Source: Dudresnaya verticillata (Eukaryota). Taken from it: a stretch of 64,000 nt of DNA. Below, piece after piece: positions 10,514 through 22,623 of the stretch (positions within the stretch are counted from its first letter, which is position 1; each line of letters starts with the position of its first letter). The stretch covers positions 1,612,001-1,676,000 of the forward strand of contig OZ374564.1 in NCBI GenBank assembly GCA_977862235.1, given 5' to 3'. The notes under the pieces are model-generated. The model was not told where the DNA came from, did not search any database, and saw only the letters and a program-made list of their open reading frames with translations. Position numbers and translations under genes: made by a program.

Positions 10514-11521
10514 ATGGAAGCAGCACCAACCCCTATCGGCCCTGGAGTGGCGCCGACCGGCGCCTGCTCGCGCATCCACTGCGACGTCACACCAGCAACC
10601 AACAAGCTCGAGTCGCATGTAGCAGTGACGTGCCTAGAGCGTGCAGTCTCGCTTGGTTTGATTGCGGACACGTCCGAGGCGCGGGAACAACTCCGGTCGT
10701 TTCGTTTTTCACGCCTCGCGTCTCGCGTGTTCCCCACTGCAGACCGCGCGCGCCTGGAAATTGCTCTAGACTTCTTGTACTGCTTCTTCACCTTCGACGA
10801 TCTATGCGATACCGCGGCCGCCGCTGCGTCGGACGCGGAGGTCGGCCTGCGCGCGTTGGAGGAGCGCATGGTGACCATCGCTGCCGGGGATGACGCGCGA
10901 AAGGACGACGAGCCTGTCGCGCGGGCACTAGGGTTGATCATGGAGAGGGTACGAAAGATCGCGCATGCAAGCTGGGTGACGCGCTTTGCTGGACACGTGA
11001 AAAAGTATGTCGAGGGCGTGCGGTGGGAGCGCGCCGTGCGAAGTGGCGGGGAGACTCCCGAGCTGGCGACGTTTTGCAAGATGCGGGCACTTTCTGTCGG
11101 GGTTATGCCTTCGGTGGACCTGGTAGGGATGCTGATGTGCAACGGGGATTCAGCGGACGTGGAGGGGTGTGCGTATGTGGGGCAGCTGGAGATAATGGTG
11201 TGCAACCATATCGCGTGGACAAATGATGTCGTCAGCGTCTGGAAGGACGTTCGGGATGGGACTGCGGATAATGTTGTCCTTGTGATAGCGAGGGAGAGGG
11301 GCGTCGGTTGGGCGGAGGTGGTGGAAGATGCGGTTGATATGTGTAACAAAGAGTTTATAGCGTTTGGGAGACTGGAACGGATTGTTGAGAGGTTGAGGGG
11401 AGGGCAGCTTGACAGAGATACGAAGACTTATGTGCAAGGGCTTAAGCACTGGATCCGTGGGCATCTGGACTGGTGTTCGGAGACGGCGCGGTACCGGGAG
11501 GAGTTGGAATCGGCGGCGTAG
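10514..11521 (+). CDS. Microbial-type class I terpene synthase, intronless, about 335 aa
   Basis: DDxxD (FTFDDLCD), pyrophosphate-sensor Arg (KMRALSVG), NSE motif NDVVSVWKD and C-terminal WCSETARY (WxxxxxRY). First in-frame ATG is 10514. Confidence 0.92.
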   Translation: MEAAPTPIGPGVAPTGACSRIHCDVTPATNKLESHVAVTCLERAVSLGLIADTSEAREQLRSFRFSRLASRVFPTADRARLEIALDFLYCFFTFDDLCDTAAAAASDAEVGLRALEERMVTIAAGDDARKDDEPVARALGLIMERVRKIAHASWVTRFAGHVKKYVEGVRWERAVRSGGETPELATFCKMRALSVGVMPSVDLVGMLMCNGDSADVEGCAYVGQLEIMVCNHIAWTNDVVSVWKDVRDGTADNVVLVIARERGVGWAEVVEDAVDMCNKEFIAFGRLERIVERLRGGQLDRDTKTYVQGLKHWIRGHLDWCSETARYREELESAA

Positions 11522-13556
11522 GGGTTGGGTGTTGGGTTTGCATCATCGGGTAAGGACACGACACTTTGTGCATGTAGTTCAGACGCTTGTATCGCGAGCT
11601 TGCAGAAACGTTAAAGAAGAAAACATGAGTTGGAGCTTTTGTTGCTTCTCAAGATGGTCACCAAAAAGTCACCTGTGTGCAGACAGCACTGCCCATTCGC
11701 AGCCTGCAGTCTCTAAGCACGGTGGTGGACTCAAGCCGGTCCACCGGCAGCAACAACTTGCGCAGCTCGAAACAGCGGCGAGTGTGAGTTAGCAATGAAC
11801 TGTGGTCTGCAGTACTACATAGCGGCGGAATGATATCATAGCGGGTGCTGAGCATACTGACCCACCGACGGTTTCTGAATGTGCCGCGCTCTACCTTCAT
11901 ACTCTGTACTGGACTAGTTTAGTAAACGTCACTATGAGTCATCGTCCATGACATCGCGCGGTTCGGAAAATCTGCTCCTCGTTCCACTCAGGTGTCAGAT
12001 CACCTTTGCAAAAAAAAAAAGTTCCTATGTAGTACTCTTCCACCGCAACATGGTGCCTCAGACAGCGGGCTGACTGCGCCCCCAACACGAGCCTGTCGAC
12101 GAGTTGCTGCCGGCCTGGAACAACTTGTTTGAGACCTTCCATGCCTGCTATAAGACAGGCCGAGTGTAACACCGAGAGCTGTAGCCGCCTCGAGAGTCGC
12201 TGCCTGTGTCTACCTGCCCGCCGACTGTCTGCCCGCAGAGTTGCGGAGCTCCGCGCAGCGAGTACAGCTGTTGGACTACTGGACAACCCGTTCCACGACC
12301 TGCGACAGGCGCCAGCGTCACCCAGCCTGCCCCCGCCCCCGCACATATGACACCTGCTGCTACAACCGCGCCGACAAGTGCTTGGGGGAGATTGCACGTC
12401 AACCACAACACTGGCGGCGCTCTCCAAGGCTCAAGCACGCTGCGCAAGCAAGGCACGGACTGTCCGCCAGCCAGAAGCGCCCGCGACCCACGATGTGTTA
12501 CAATTGTCATGATTTGTACGCAGACACGCAGACACGCGGATACGCACAAACCCCTGCGCCGGGTCGCGAGGCCCGCTGCAATGCAATCGTGGCCAGCGCT
12601 CCCTCGACTTGCGCTTGCACGACTCGGGTCTTGCTGCGCGCGGCCAGTCGCCCGCCCTACAGCGCCGGGCAAGTCAGCCGTCCGCAGCGGCTTGGAAGCG
12701 GCAAGCGCGAGCCCGTGGCGAGCGAACGACACGTAAGCCGAAGACACACACGCGGCTGGACCGCGCTATCTGTCTCTCTGAATCAGCGTCGCGAGCATGA
12801 GACCGGGGGAGCCGCGGAATATGCAAGAAGCCTTGTTGTTGTATCACTTGCATGCGTGGCGTGGGGGTGTCTGGGAATACTCGCAGTGACCTGAGACTTG
12901 AGCTGCGAGGCAGGGCCCTGCTGCGAGGTGGGCGCCGCAGACCGGCAGTGACACGCCTGCGCGCAGCGTGAAGGCAGAGCTGTGCGACGGCACGCGCCAG
13001 TGACAGGCAAGCAAGCGTGGGGCTGCTACGTCGACGAACCTTGCTCTTGCTGCAACCTTCTCTTGCAACCTCATCCTCGGAACAGCGCAGAAGCAGTTCC
13101 ATTCATTCAAGCATGTTGCGTCTGCCTGTCATCACGGGTACGGGAATGGCGTCTACAAAACGTGAGGGTGCGGTGAGCAAAGTGGCACAGTGACGAATCA
13201 CAGATGCGCCGGGCGATCGATGCCTCTCCTCCACCTTTGAGTGCGCCAATCGCCGGGCGGGCAGCGGCTATTGCTGCCGCGGGAACACGGTGCCGCCTTG
13301 ACTCGCAATTCGACCGCCGTGTGTGTGTGAGGACGGACACACTCGCGTTGAGGGGTGGAAGAACCAAGGTCAGTTTGCATTCCCGAGCCCGCATGGGGCA
13401 GCGTTCCCGGGGGGAGGAATGGCTTCGAGGACTCCAACGCGTTGACGACCCAGTACAAAAGCCGCTGTAGCAGTGACGTGAACTTGGACCCAGCTCGTTT
13501 CCCCCTTGGCAGACGACGCGCGCAATCAGCATTACCGACACCACCACATCGTATCC

Positions 13557-14165
13557 ATGATGACGAAAGTGCAGCTGCAAAAGGCGCTTGCGCACTCACC
13601 GTTCTTCATCTTCACAGCTCTCCTCATTGTGCTTCTATCAGCCTACTTTGCAACGCCAATAACGCTCCTGGTCATCGAGCTCTCCCGTCTATACACCCTC
13701 TCGCCGGCCATGTGTATTGTGTTAAAGGCGTTCCCAGGCCGCGGCGGGCCGTCCACGCCCCCACACTCGTACCTGCTGCACGTGTGGCCCAACGCAACGG
13801 ACACCGGGGAGTTCCGGGCACCGTACCAGGGAAAGCTGCCGCGCGCACTTCGGCGCAACTCGTCCGCGCCTGCCAAGTGCTTCTTTGAGGAGCGGTGCGA
13901 CGAGCGGCGGTGCGCTAACGCTGTAACGTTCCGGTTTCGACGGCCGGCCGTGGACTGGCCCGCGGTTGTGGCATACTCGGTGTGGATTGGGGTAAATGGG
14001 CTGCTGCTGTTTCTCTGCCCGCTGCTCTGCTGGAAATGGCCGGCGACTTGGGGTAGGTGGGAGTGGCTTGCTGCCAAGGTGGACGGTGAGTGGCATGATG
14101 AAAGGGCGCCACCCGGGAAGGTGAGTCTGGACGACGGGGAAGTGCTGCACCCTGGACGGATTTGA
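13557..14165 (+). CDS. Hypothetical two-TM membrane protein
   Basis: Hydrophobic segments FFIFTALLIVLLSAYFATPITLLVI and VVAYSVWIGVNGLLLFLCPLL flank a Cys-containing loop. Confidence 0.6.
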   Translation: MMTKVQLQKALAHSPFFIFTALLIVLLSAYFATPITLLVIELSRLYTLSPAMCIVLKAFPGRGGPSTPPHSYLLHVWPNATDTGEFRAPYQGKLPRALRRNSSAPAKCFFEERCDERRCANAVTFRFRRPAVDWPAVVAYSVWIGVNGLLLFLCPLLCWKWPATWGRWEWLAAKVDGEWHDERAPPGKVSLDDGEVLHPGRI

Positions 14166-14532
14166 GCGGGGTCTGGGGCGTTTTGTTTGGCAACAAGAAT
14201 CAGAGGGTCGCGGTTCTCGCAAAGTTAGCTGAAAGTGCTGAGGTGAAGCGGCTGGCAGCCTCCCGAGCACCGCCACGGTCTCACAACGTGCTATGGTCGG
14301 TACGAGCGGCGTAGCGCGCACGCGACGGCAGGCGTGGTCAAAGGTCGCTGTTCAGGCTCTTTCTCTCCCTGACACCCTTCGCTCGGGTCCTGCGTGCAAG
14401 GTCGCATGCCGGGAAGAGCGTCGAAACGACGCCTGTCGACGCGGGCGGCGCGGGTGAAGTGGTCAGCAACCGGGTGGCGGAGCGCCAACCCCGGGCCGCG
14501 ACCTGTGCGCTGGGCGGCATGCACGCGCAAGA

Positions 14533-14690
14533 CAGGCGGCGGGCAGGCGGGCAGGCGGGCAGGCGGGCAGGCGGGCAGGCGGGCAGGCGGGCACGAGCAC
14601 GTAACACGTCGGTCGCAAGACGCGGCTGGTCGCCTGGCGGCGGCGGCGGCAGCGGCGGCGGCGGCGGCGGTGGCGGTGGTGGCGGTGGTC
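14533..14690. repeat. (GGCAGGCG)n octamer and (GGC/GGT)n microsatellites
   Basis: Directly visible tandem units. Confidence 0.9.
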
Positions 14691-16044
14691 GTCGTCGTGC
14701 AGCGCGCGGCAGGTTGTTTGTTTTGCGTTTGTGTGGCGATGGCAGCGTCGGCGGTGAGAATGACGCTTGTGTTCCACCGCGCGGCGCGTCGGCCGGGGAT
14801 TGGGCGGTGTAATTTTTGCGCGCGAAGGAGCGCGCCCCGCACACTCCGACGGCGCGGGCTCGTGCGACCGGCCGTCGCGTGCTGCACGCGCGGCGAACGG
14901 CGGATGGAAGGGGGCGAGGCGGCGCATGGAAGCCATGGAAGCCATGCAAGCCGTTCGGTGCGCCCAGCTTGGCGAGGGTCGCCACCTCGAGCGGTACTCG
15001 GGCCGCCTTCATCGATCGACATGGGCCGGCTGAGTTGTGTTCCGAAGGCTTTTGGTGCTTTCATGCGTTGAGGCCATGCGCCGTCGTTGTCATACATCTT
15101 CTTCGCGCAACGCAAACTAGGCCAACGGTCTGAGGCGTTTTGAGAGAAAGCTGTCGCTAATGCCGCGGTGTGCCATATCTCTTCAAGTTAAAGATATAAC
15201 TATACCCTTAAAGCAACTGTCCTACTGCTACTGTCAACTGTGGTGAACATTGCGCAGCTCCACCGTAGAGGGCCGCAGACCTGTATTATATGGGTTGACC
15301 ACGTCTCGGCGTCTCGGCGTCTGGGCTTCGAGCGAGCGGAGCTTAGTTTAGCTATTACGGATACAGCGTTCAGAACAGGTTACGAGAAGAGGTGCTTCCG
15401 TGGCAGCCTGGCCATACAATGTGGTGAACAGAATGCTCGCTGCAATCTCCGTAGTCTTGCGGCACACGACGTTACTCACGCTTTCGCAGCCGGTTTCAGC
15501 AACAACAACAAGCGCGGGAGAGACAAGGCGTGCGGCGGGAGCATACATCGCCAAAGCAGTTTCCCCGCCGAATCGCGTTCTCGAAACCATACCACATGCT
15601 CTCCAAAGCCCAGTTTTGCTCTCACTACGCTTGCTCCGACACGTTCGTCCTAATATCTTTACAGACACAAGTGAGGGCGAGAGAGAGAACCCCGCCCGTC
15701 TCCCGCGCATCGGAGCATTCATCCGCTCGCTCCAATCACAAGTCGCGGAGACCCTTACTGCCTTCCCCGTAATACAGAGAGCGGTACCGAAGAAATGCCA
15801 CGCATAGAGTCGGCACGGTCGTAAGATAGTCGGTACGATCGAGAGATACCGGCCGATCTTAGCGCCAGCCTAGCTCGGTGAGGTGGAAGCTGGCAGCCCG
15901 CTCCTCCGGTGTTCACGCCGTATCTTGTGTCGAATCCAAAACCTCCCGCGCTTTGTGCATCATCGGCTTGCCGCCTCGCGCAACGTTTTTTCCACCCAAA
16001 CATTGCAGATAAGCGTGGAACCAGTCATGTGACACGAACTCCTG

Positions 16045-16071
16045 TCCCCCCCCCCCCCCCCCCCCCCCCCC
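16045..16071. repeat. Poly-C tract
   Basis: Run of about 26 C. Confidence 0.9.
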
Positions 16072-18084
16072 TGTGTACAGCATATAGGGGGCCTTTATTG
16101 AGAGAAAACATTCAGGAAGCACTTAAGGGGGCTTATGCAGTAGAACCAAAAAGGGTGAGGACAGTTTGCGCGGTCTTTAACGCTGGTGGCACATGGAAGA
16201 GCGAAAGAGAAAGAGATTGTTCACACGAGCAGAGAGCGAAAGTTTCTTAACAGAATAGCTTTATTGCAAGCGAAATACTACAGAACGGCAGGAATCTCTG
16301 CACTTGCACTAGAGGTACCGCTCACTCACCAACATGGGCTCGTTTAGGGGAGGCTACAGGCCTACAGTCATGGGGCAGGACTCTTTCAAACCCGACGACA
16401 AACAACATGTAACGTCCGCCTCGCACACAGTTAAATCAATCCACCTCTCGAGACGGGCACCTGTAGAGAGCTGTTGTTAGAAACAGAACATGCGGAGAGC
16501 TTCCAGCCTTGAACAGTAGTGTTTCTTTTTGAATGTTGCGCCGTTCAAGCCAGCCGCTCTGGCTTGGCTGTGAGCTGTTTTGTGCTCTCGAGCTGAGCAG
16601 CAAAACAGTAGTAGATAAAGACTCTCTCTCCCTGCAGGAAAAGCGGATAGAGTAAGGGGTTTGGACAACAGAGTTGGAGTGCTATGACGAGTCGGTGTTT
16701 ACACACCGATGCGGTAACTATCGTGCTAGGAGATGTTTGCCGTTTGCCCCTCGCGCAAAGCCATGAGCAGGTACTTGTACAGTAGATACCGTCACCAGCT
16801 TCATTCTTTCGTCCAGGTCTTGCACCTGCACCAGTTGGAAACCGCTCTGCTCATTCAGCAAAAATTGTAGCCCAAACTGGTTCAAGTGTTCGAGCCTACG
16901 TGTTTGAGTCCACCCCGTGGACTTGGAGTTTAACACCCAACAGACATCCATCTCGCCTGCCCCAGTGCCACGACTAAAAGCCGAAGGACCCGGAAACAAC
17001 CCTTGCCTTGTAACAACCGTAAGCGAAGCAATGTTGTGCACACTCCAAGCCCGGCAGACTGGTGATACTGAAAAGCGCAGAGTGGGCTCTCCTTGTTCCT
17101 CAGCATATGTACAGCAAAGCGCTTAGAGCGGGTCTGTAGTGAGCAAAGTTATATTGGGCAGAGTTGAATATGGCGGTCCTGCGCTGGCGTGGGATAGACG
17201 CTGGCCCCGGATGAGCAAAACTACACCGTTTGTGCTATTGCGTCCACTTTGTAGTAGTGCAGAACAATAGACAGCTAAGGAAAAGCACGGCCGGCGCAAT
17301 TGAAAATTGCAGACTCTGCACAGGTGGGTGATGACCTCACCTATTTCAATCATCCCCTTCCATTCATTGAAGGGGCTTCATTACCATCAATCGACGTAGG
17401 TCGCCTTCCCCTATTGGAAGTGCTCTTCTGAGTGACTCCCCTAGAGCTATCTTATGGAGTGCGTTAGTCCTCATTATAGATTTTCTCTCTCATTAAACAT
17501 GGAATCAGACAAGAACGCAAAGAGATCCTGGCATACGACGTTGCCGCAACAACTGCAGAATTGCCTTCAAGGACAAGGGAGCTTGTAAACACAAACATGC
17601 CTTGTTCGCATAAGCAAGACACTTATTTGTCTACCCGTCAAGGAGTGGGGGCAGGAGAACAATTGTCCGCTGACATACTTGAACTTTTGGACAGGGCGCT
17701 AGATTCAGGGGCGCTGTACTCTAACGCGAGCCCCATTCTCGTTAGTTGTAAACTTTTTTCTCGCTTCGATCACAACCACGTACTGCGCAGCAATGCGCAC
17801 AGAGTGACGCCGCCTCTGCAACGTTTGCAACTTGCTCTCTCACGAGGCATCTTTTAATACCTCCGCTCGCTAGGCATTCACTTCAGGTCGATCGCTTGAA
17901 TAATCCCAAACAAGATGATCGATTTCGCACAGGCATACCTGACCCCAGTCGGAGTTGGAACAGCTTCAACGGTAACCGTTGCGGGCCTGATTAAGGGCCT
18001 CACTGCACCAACCTTGACACCAGCCCACGCAGATTTCGACCAACTGAATAACAACCAACGCTCAACAAGTCTGTAGTCTTCGTC

Positions 18085-19989
18085 ATGGCAAGGCCTCAGT
18101 GGTCATCTCGTGCTGCCTTTGTGGTCTCGGCAATCGGTGCAGCCATCGGCTTCGGTAACGTCTGGCGATTCCCAACTCTCGCGTACAGGTACGGTGGAGG
18201 TGCATTCTTCATCCCGTACCTCCTTGCCCTGCTCTTCATTGGCATTCCAATTCTCATTCTAGAGGTTGCAATCGGCCAATACTATCAAACTGGAGATGCC
18301 GGAGCTTTCGGACGGGTGAACAAGCGTTTCCGTGGAGTCGGGCTCAACAGTGTCATATGTTCATTCGTCGTAACCTTGTATTACTGTGTCTTGCTTGCAT
18401 GGGTGTTGCGAATGTTCGTCTATTCATTTCAAGGAGCAGATGGTCGCTGGAGTAACGTATCTGGGGAGGATGCCATTAACTGGTTCAACAATGTGGTTAC
18501 CGGGCTCGGAACGGCCAACGGCAAAAATAATGACATCCCAACTCGCCTGGTCGGTCCTAACGTTGGTTCTCTCGCCATTGTATGGTTATTCATCTTCCTT
18601 TGCCTTGCTTTCGGGGTGAAATGGACCGGCCGCATCGCATACTTCACAGTTGGCCTCCCAATCTTATTTCTTTTCGTCCTGCTTATTCGTGCGGTCACCC
18701 TCGATGGTGCCGGCGACGGCATCAAAGCGTACATCGGTGAGTGGGATCTCGGTGTTCTTTCAAAAGAACCTGCCGTATGGTCCGAAGCTGTTACGCAAGT
18801 GTTCTTCTCAGTCTCCATTACTTTTGGTATCATGACTGCATACGCCAGTTACATGAAGAGAGACTCTCCAGTCTTCACAAACTCGATCATCATTGCCCTT
18901 GCAAACTCCATGTACTCTATTATTGCCGGTTTCGCTGTGTTCGGGACCGTAGGATACATTGCTAACCGAGAAGGGAAAACAATAAGCGAGCTGGAGGGTC
19001 TCGGCGGTCCATCATTAGTGTTTGCCACCTATCCTTTGGCTCTGAGTACACTTCCTGGAAGTGGCCACTGGGAACGCCTCCTATTCGTGGCACTGTTCCT
19101 GCTGGGAATTGACAGTGCCTTTTCGCTCGTCGAGGCGCCAGTCACCGTTTTGAGCGACACCAGGCTTCTGCGTAATGTTCCTAGGTTGTTTTCTGTGGGT
19201 GTCGTATGCCTCGCTGGATTCCTTGGTGGGCTGTTATACTGTTCCGACACAGGATTGCTGTTTCTGGACGTGACCGACTTTTACGTTAACTTCATGATGC
19301 TGCTTGTGGGCATTTTGGAGACGTTCTCGGTGGGATGGGTCTATGGGATTCAAGGACAGATAGATATTCTCGGAAGGATGCCGGTGTTCGGGTACATGCT
19401 TGCTACTTACGCGCCTGTTTTCCTGGCTTCCGGGTTCTGGTTTGGAGCAGAATCGGACGCCCTGATGAAGGGATTCGTTTCCCTCTCGGTCTCCTACGTT
19501 GTGCTGATGGTGCTGGTGATGGTGCTTGTCTCTCGTGTGGTGAACGGCAAGGAGAAGGAGAGTCCCCTTTCTTGGAAGAGTGCTTTGATTGAGTTGTTCT
19601 TTGGGAACATTTTGAGACTGAGAAGGGACCTAACGGCCGTGGTTAAATACATTCCGTTGGCCTGGTTCTTCTTGATCCGCCATGTCATCCCCCCGTTACT
19701 TATAGTGTTGTTCGCGAATCTGGCATCTGCGAAGAACTCGGCCGGAGACTCCAAATTTGGACATTACTCTGGGTACCCAACAGGATATCAAGCCTTGGGC
19801 ATTACGGTTTTCTCAATCTCTCTTTCCATTTTGCTATTCGGAGCGATCTTCCCAGACGCATACTCCTGCTTTGACATTGTTGAAATCGACGACGAAAAGG
19901 AGCAAGAGGAGTCGATCGTCAAAACCGTGGATCGCAACTCTGAGGAAGATGCGGAGATGGATGTGAGGGGCATTGAGCAGAAGGTCTAG
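18085..19989 (+). CDS. SLC6/SNF sodium:neurotransmitter symporter family transporter
   Basis: AIGFGNVWRFP...YGGGAFFIPY signature, QVFFS, GPSLVF, LGIDS and about 12 TM helices; intronless. Confidence 0.95.
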   Translation: MARPQWSSRAAFVVSAIGAAIGFGNVWRFPTLAYRYGGGAFFIPYLLALLFIGIPILILEVAIGQYYQTGDAGAFGRVNKRFRGVGLNSVICSFVVTLYYCVLLAWVLRMFVYSFQGADGRWSNVSGEDAINWFNNVVTGLGTANGKNNDIPTRLVGPNVGSLAIVWLFIFLCLAFGVKWTGRIAYFTVGLPILFLFVLLIRAVTLDGAGDGIKAYIGEWDLGVLSKEPAVWSEAVTQVFFSVSITFGIMTAYASYMKRDSPVFTNSIIIALANSMYSIIAGFAVFGTVGYIANREGKTISELEGLGGPSLVFATYPLALSTLPGSGHWERLLFVALFLLGIDSAFSLVEAPVTVLSDTRLLRNVPRLFSVGVVCLAGFLGGLLYCSDTGLLFLDVTDFYVNFMMLLVGILETFSVGWVYGIQGQIDILGRMPVFGYMLATYAPVFLASGFWFGAESDALMKGFVSLSVSYVVLMVLVMVLVSRVVNGKEKESPLSWKSALIELFFGNILRLRRDLTAVVKYIPLAWFFLIRHVIPPLLIVLFANLASAKNSAGDSKFGHYSGYPTGYQALGITVFSISLSILLFGAIFPDAYSCFDIVEIDDEKEQEESIVKTVDRNSEEDAEMDVRGIEQKV

Positions 19990-22300
19990 TTTGGCAGGCA
20001 ATCGGGGCATTTTCGAAGGTCGCCTCGGAGTTTGGCCGCACAACAACTAGGATTCTCCAACTCAAAGTGGCGTTGTTTTTATGGTACAGTACTGATTCCT
20101 GGTTGACTAGTTTGTTTCTGACGAACAGGAGTACGTCTTGTAGATGTGCGTAAATAATGAAGCGAAGTCGCCCTTCTCGCCTGGCCACCTTTCTCCCTCG
20201 TGGAAGCGCAGCGTATCGATAATCGATAATGAAAGATAGCATTTGGTTAAGACTTTACGTATCATAGCCAAGGACGGCAAACTGCCGTACTGTACCAATG
20301 AGTATGGTAATTCGTACGAGAGTTTGACTGCAGAGGGCACCATTATTGAATTGCATGAGATGCGAACATTGAAACTACTTCTATACTCATACCTTCTGCA
20401 ATAGCCTTTACGACTCGGCAGCAGGGGTACATAATTTTGAAGGTGAAGGAAAGATACCACTTGAAGTCCATCGTGGTTGAGCCATGGAACCATAGTAATG
20501 GAAGGAGATTGTACTTCCTTATAGCGATGCAAAAGCAATGTTGACGTTCAATAAAAATAGAATGTCGCTTCAGCCTACCTTGAAGAATCACAGACTTCAT
20601 CGTTGGCTCTGAACACTGTCATAGAATGTATGATCACTTGAAACCCGGAATATGAATCAAGAAAAGCGCCTTGGGTACACAGAATGTCCTGGCAATTGCC
20701 TTGATGACAAGACATCCGAGTAGGTCCACAGGATTTCCGACACGCCCAGGGCCTAACAGGACCGTTCGATGACCACAAAGTGAAAAGAATGGCCACCTTT
20801 TTCCCACAGCCCATACGCATTTCCCATGGAAAAAGGTTCTTTCACCATCAACAGTTTTAAGGCTACAGAACCGTCGGGAGTAGTGGAGACCTTCACGCAG
20901 AACTGCAGATTATTCATTACAGATTTATTTCATAACCCAGACATACGTGATGGCTGTTTCCCGCATATAGGACTCTCAGCCAGATCATGAACATGGCCTC
21001 TCAACGTCATGAAATGCGGTGTGGCTATACCGCCATGGACAGATGGTTGAGCTCGAAAAAAGAAGTTCAACTTTCTTCAATGCATACACAGTGTGCTTTT
21101 AGTTGTCCGTACCAATCATTGTTTTCTGGAAGGGTCTATATTAGAGTTCAGCCACTCACTCACCGTCCCTGTGTCTCGATTGACTCTGGAAATCACTTCG
21201 ATTACATTGATGTACATGGTCCTGACATCGCCGTTTCAGCTGATTCTCGATCCTATTCTGAGCGCTTCCGTGATGAACGCTATGCGGGCCAGCTTTCCTT
21301 TGGAAAGTACCCGGACAGTCGCGAAGATTTTTAAATGGATCTATATGTGGACGATTGTCGTTTTACGTCCCTTCCTGTGACTTGGTCGGATAGTTTTTGT
21401 TCTCCGGTGTCTCTATCTGAGAGGACTTCTTTACTCAACCGGCTTGGTTGAATACTAACTAAAAAATTAAAGCAACTTCAGAAGAAGAAAACTGACCCTA
21501 GAGGTATGTAAGCTCTAATCTTTAGAGAAGTTATAGGACACTCTCTCGTAGGTTTTGGTAAAATGGTAGATCTCTTCACTATCCTGTATGTCAAACAACT
21601 AATATTGCTGTATTACAACATTGTTCACAAATCGCAACCTGCATGAAATAATACTATAACACAAGTGGAATAAACAGAGGCGAACCTACCAGGAATTCCA
21701 TCCCGGTACACTTCCTCAGGAGTTTGATCTCTATGTGATCCGTCCACATTCATTTCCCCGCTCAACCACTCGCTTTCTGAAAATGCTATTCTTTCCCGTG
21801 AAGGTCAGAAACATCCGCATTATCGCTGCGTATGAGGTCGCTTAAGCGTGGATCTTCATCCCATGGCCATGGATATTTATGGCATATCGGAATTGCATTT
21901 GAGTTGCCTGTACCGTTGTGACAAAATCTTGCTGATCTAATTACTGCCAAAAAGCGATCTCACCGACATTCGAGAAGCTATCCATATAAACCAAATTCAC
22001 TTCATTGGTTCTCTAATGTGATGCAGGTAGCGTCAGTCGCCGACAAATGGGCTAGGTAGGCCCCTTGTACCCCTTTCTTCAAAGATCGGCATCGTCTGCT
22101 TAACATAAATAACCTAAAGATAGGGTCTTAATTTAGCGTCTACATCTATTATTGTTGCTTTCGAGTAATGAATGATGGACCAGACGAATTTCACCCTGCC
22201 ATTACCGCATATAAAAGTGGGGAAACGTTTTTCCAGTCACTACGGAGCTGGTGCCTTGAATGAAGATTCTGCGCCCTTAAGAATTTTCAGCACTTTTCCG

Positions 22301-22623
22301 TGTTCCGGGCATCGAAGGAGACAGATGATAATATAAGAATGGGTATGGTAGCAATTTGACAGTGGTAGCGGTAACAGTCAACAGTATCTGGTAGATCAAA
22401 GTTTAGTAGAACAGTTGAACGAATTGTATCTTGGTAGCTGTGTTGAATCTTGTCTGGGTCTATCCGCTGTTCCGTTTAGATCTATGCTGTTGTCTATTGC
22501 TTATATATAGAACCGGCACAGACAGAACTTGCAGTTCTAGCGAAAGTGAGATATCTTTCTAGAACAACTACTATTACAAGTGTATCGTTATTGCAATAGA
22601 TATCATGTAGTGCGTTCGAGGAT
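22301..22623 (+). mobile_element. Possible solo LTR
   Basis: TGTT...AACA termini with imperfect inverted ends and internal TATATATAG; no TSD found. Confidence 0.35.

Noticed and set aside
10318..11349. 343-aa minus-strand ORF
   Set aside because: Antisense shadow of the terpene synthase.
11939..15133. Many overlapping GC-rich ORFs (other than 13557..14165)
   Set aside because: Low-complexity or shadow ORFs with no recognisable domains.
16135..17350. Possible LTR, PBS and copia integrase remnant
   Set aside because: Motifs too degenerate to support by eye.
20050..22300. Short ORFs in AT-richer intergenic DNA
   Set aside because: Probably decayed TE sequence; no diagnostic motif.
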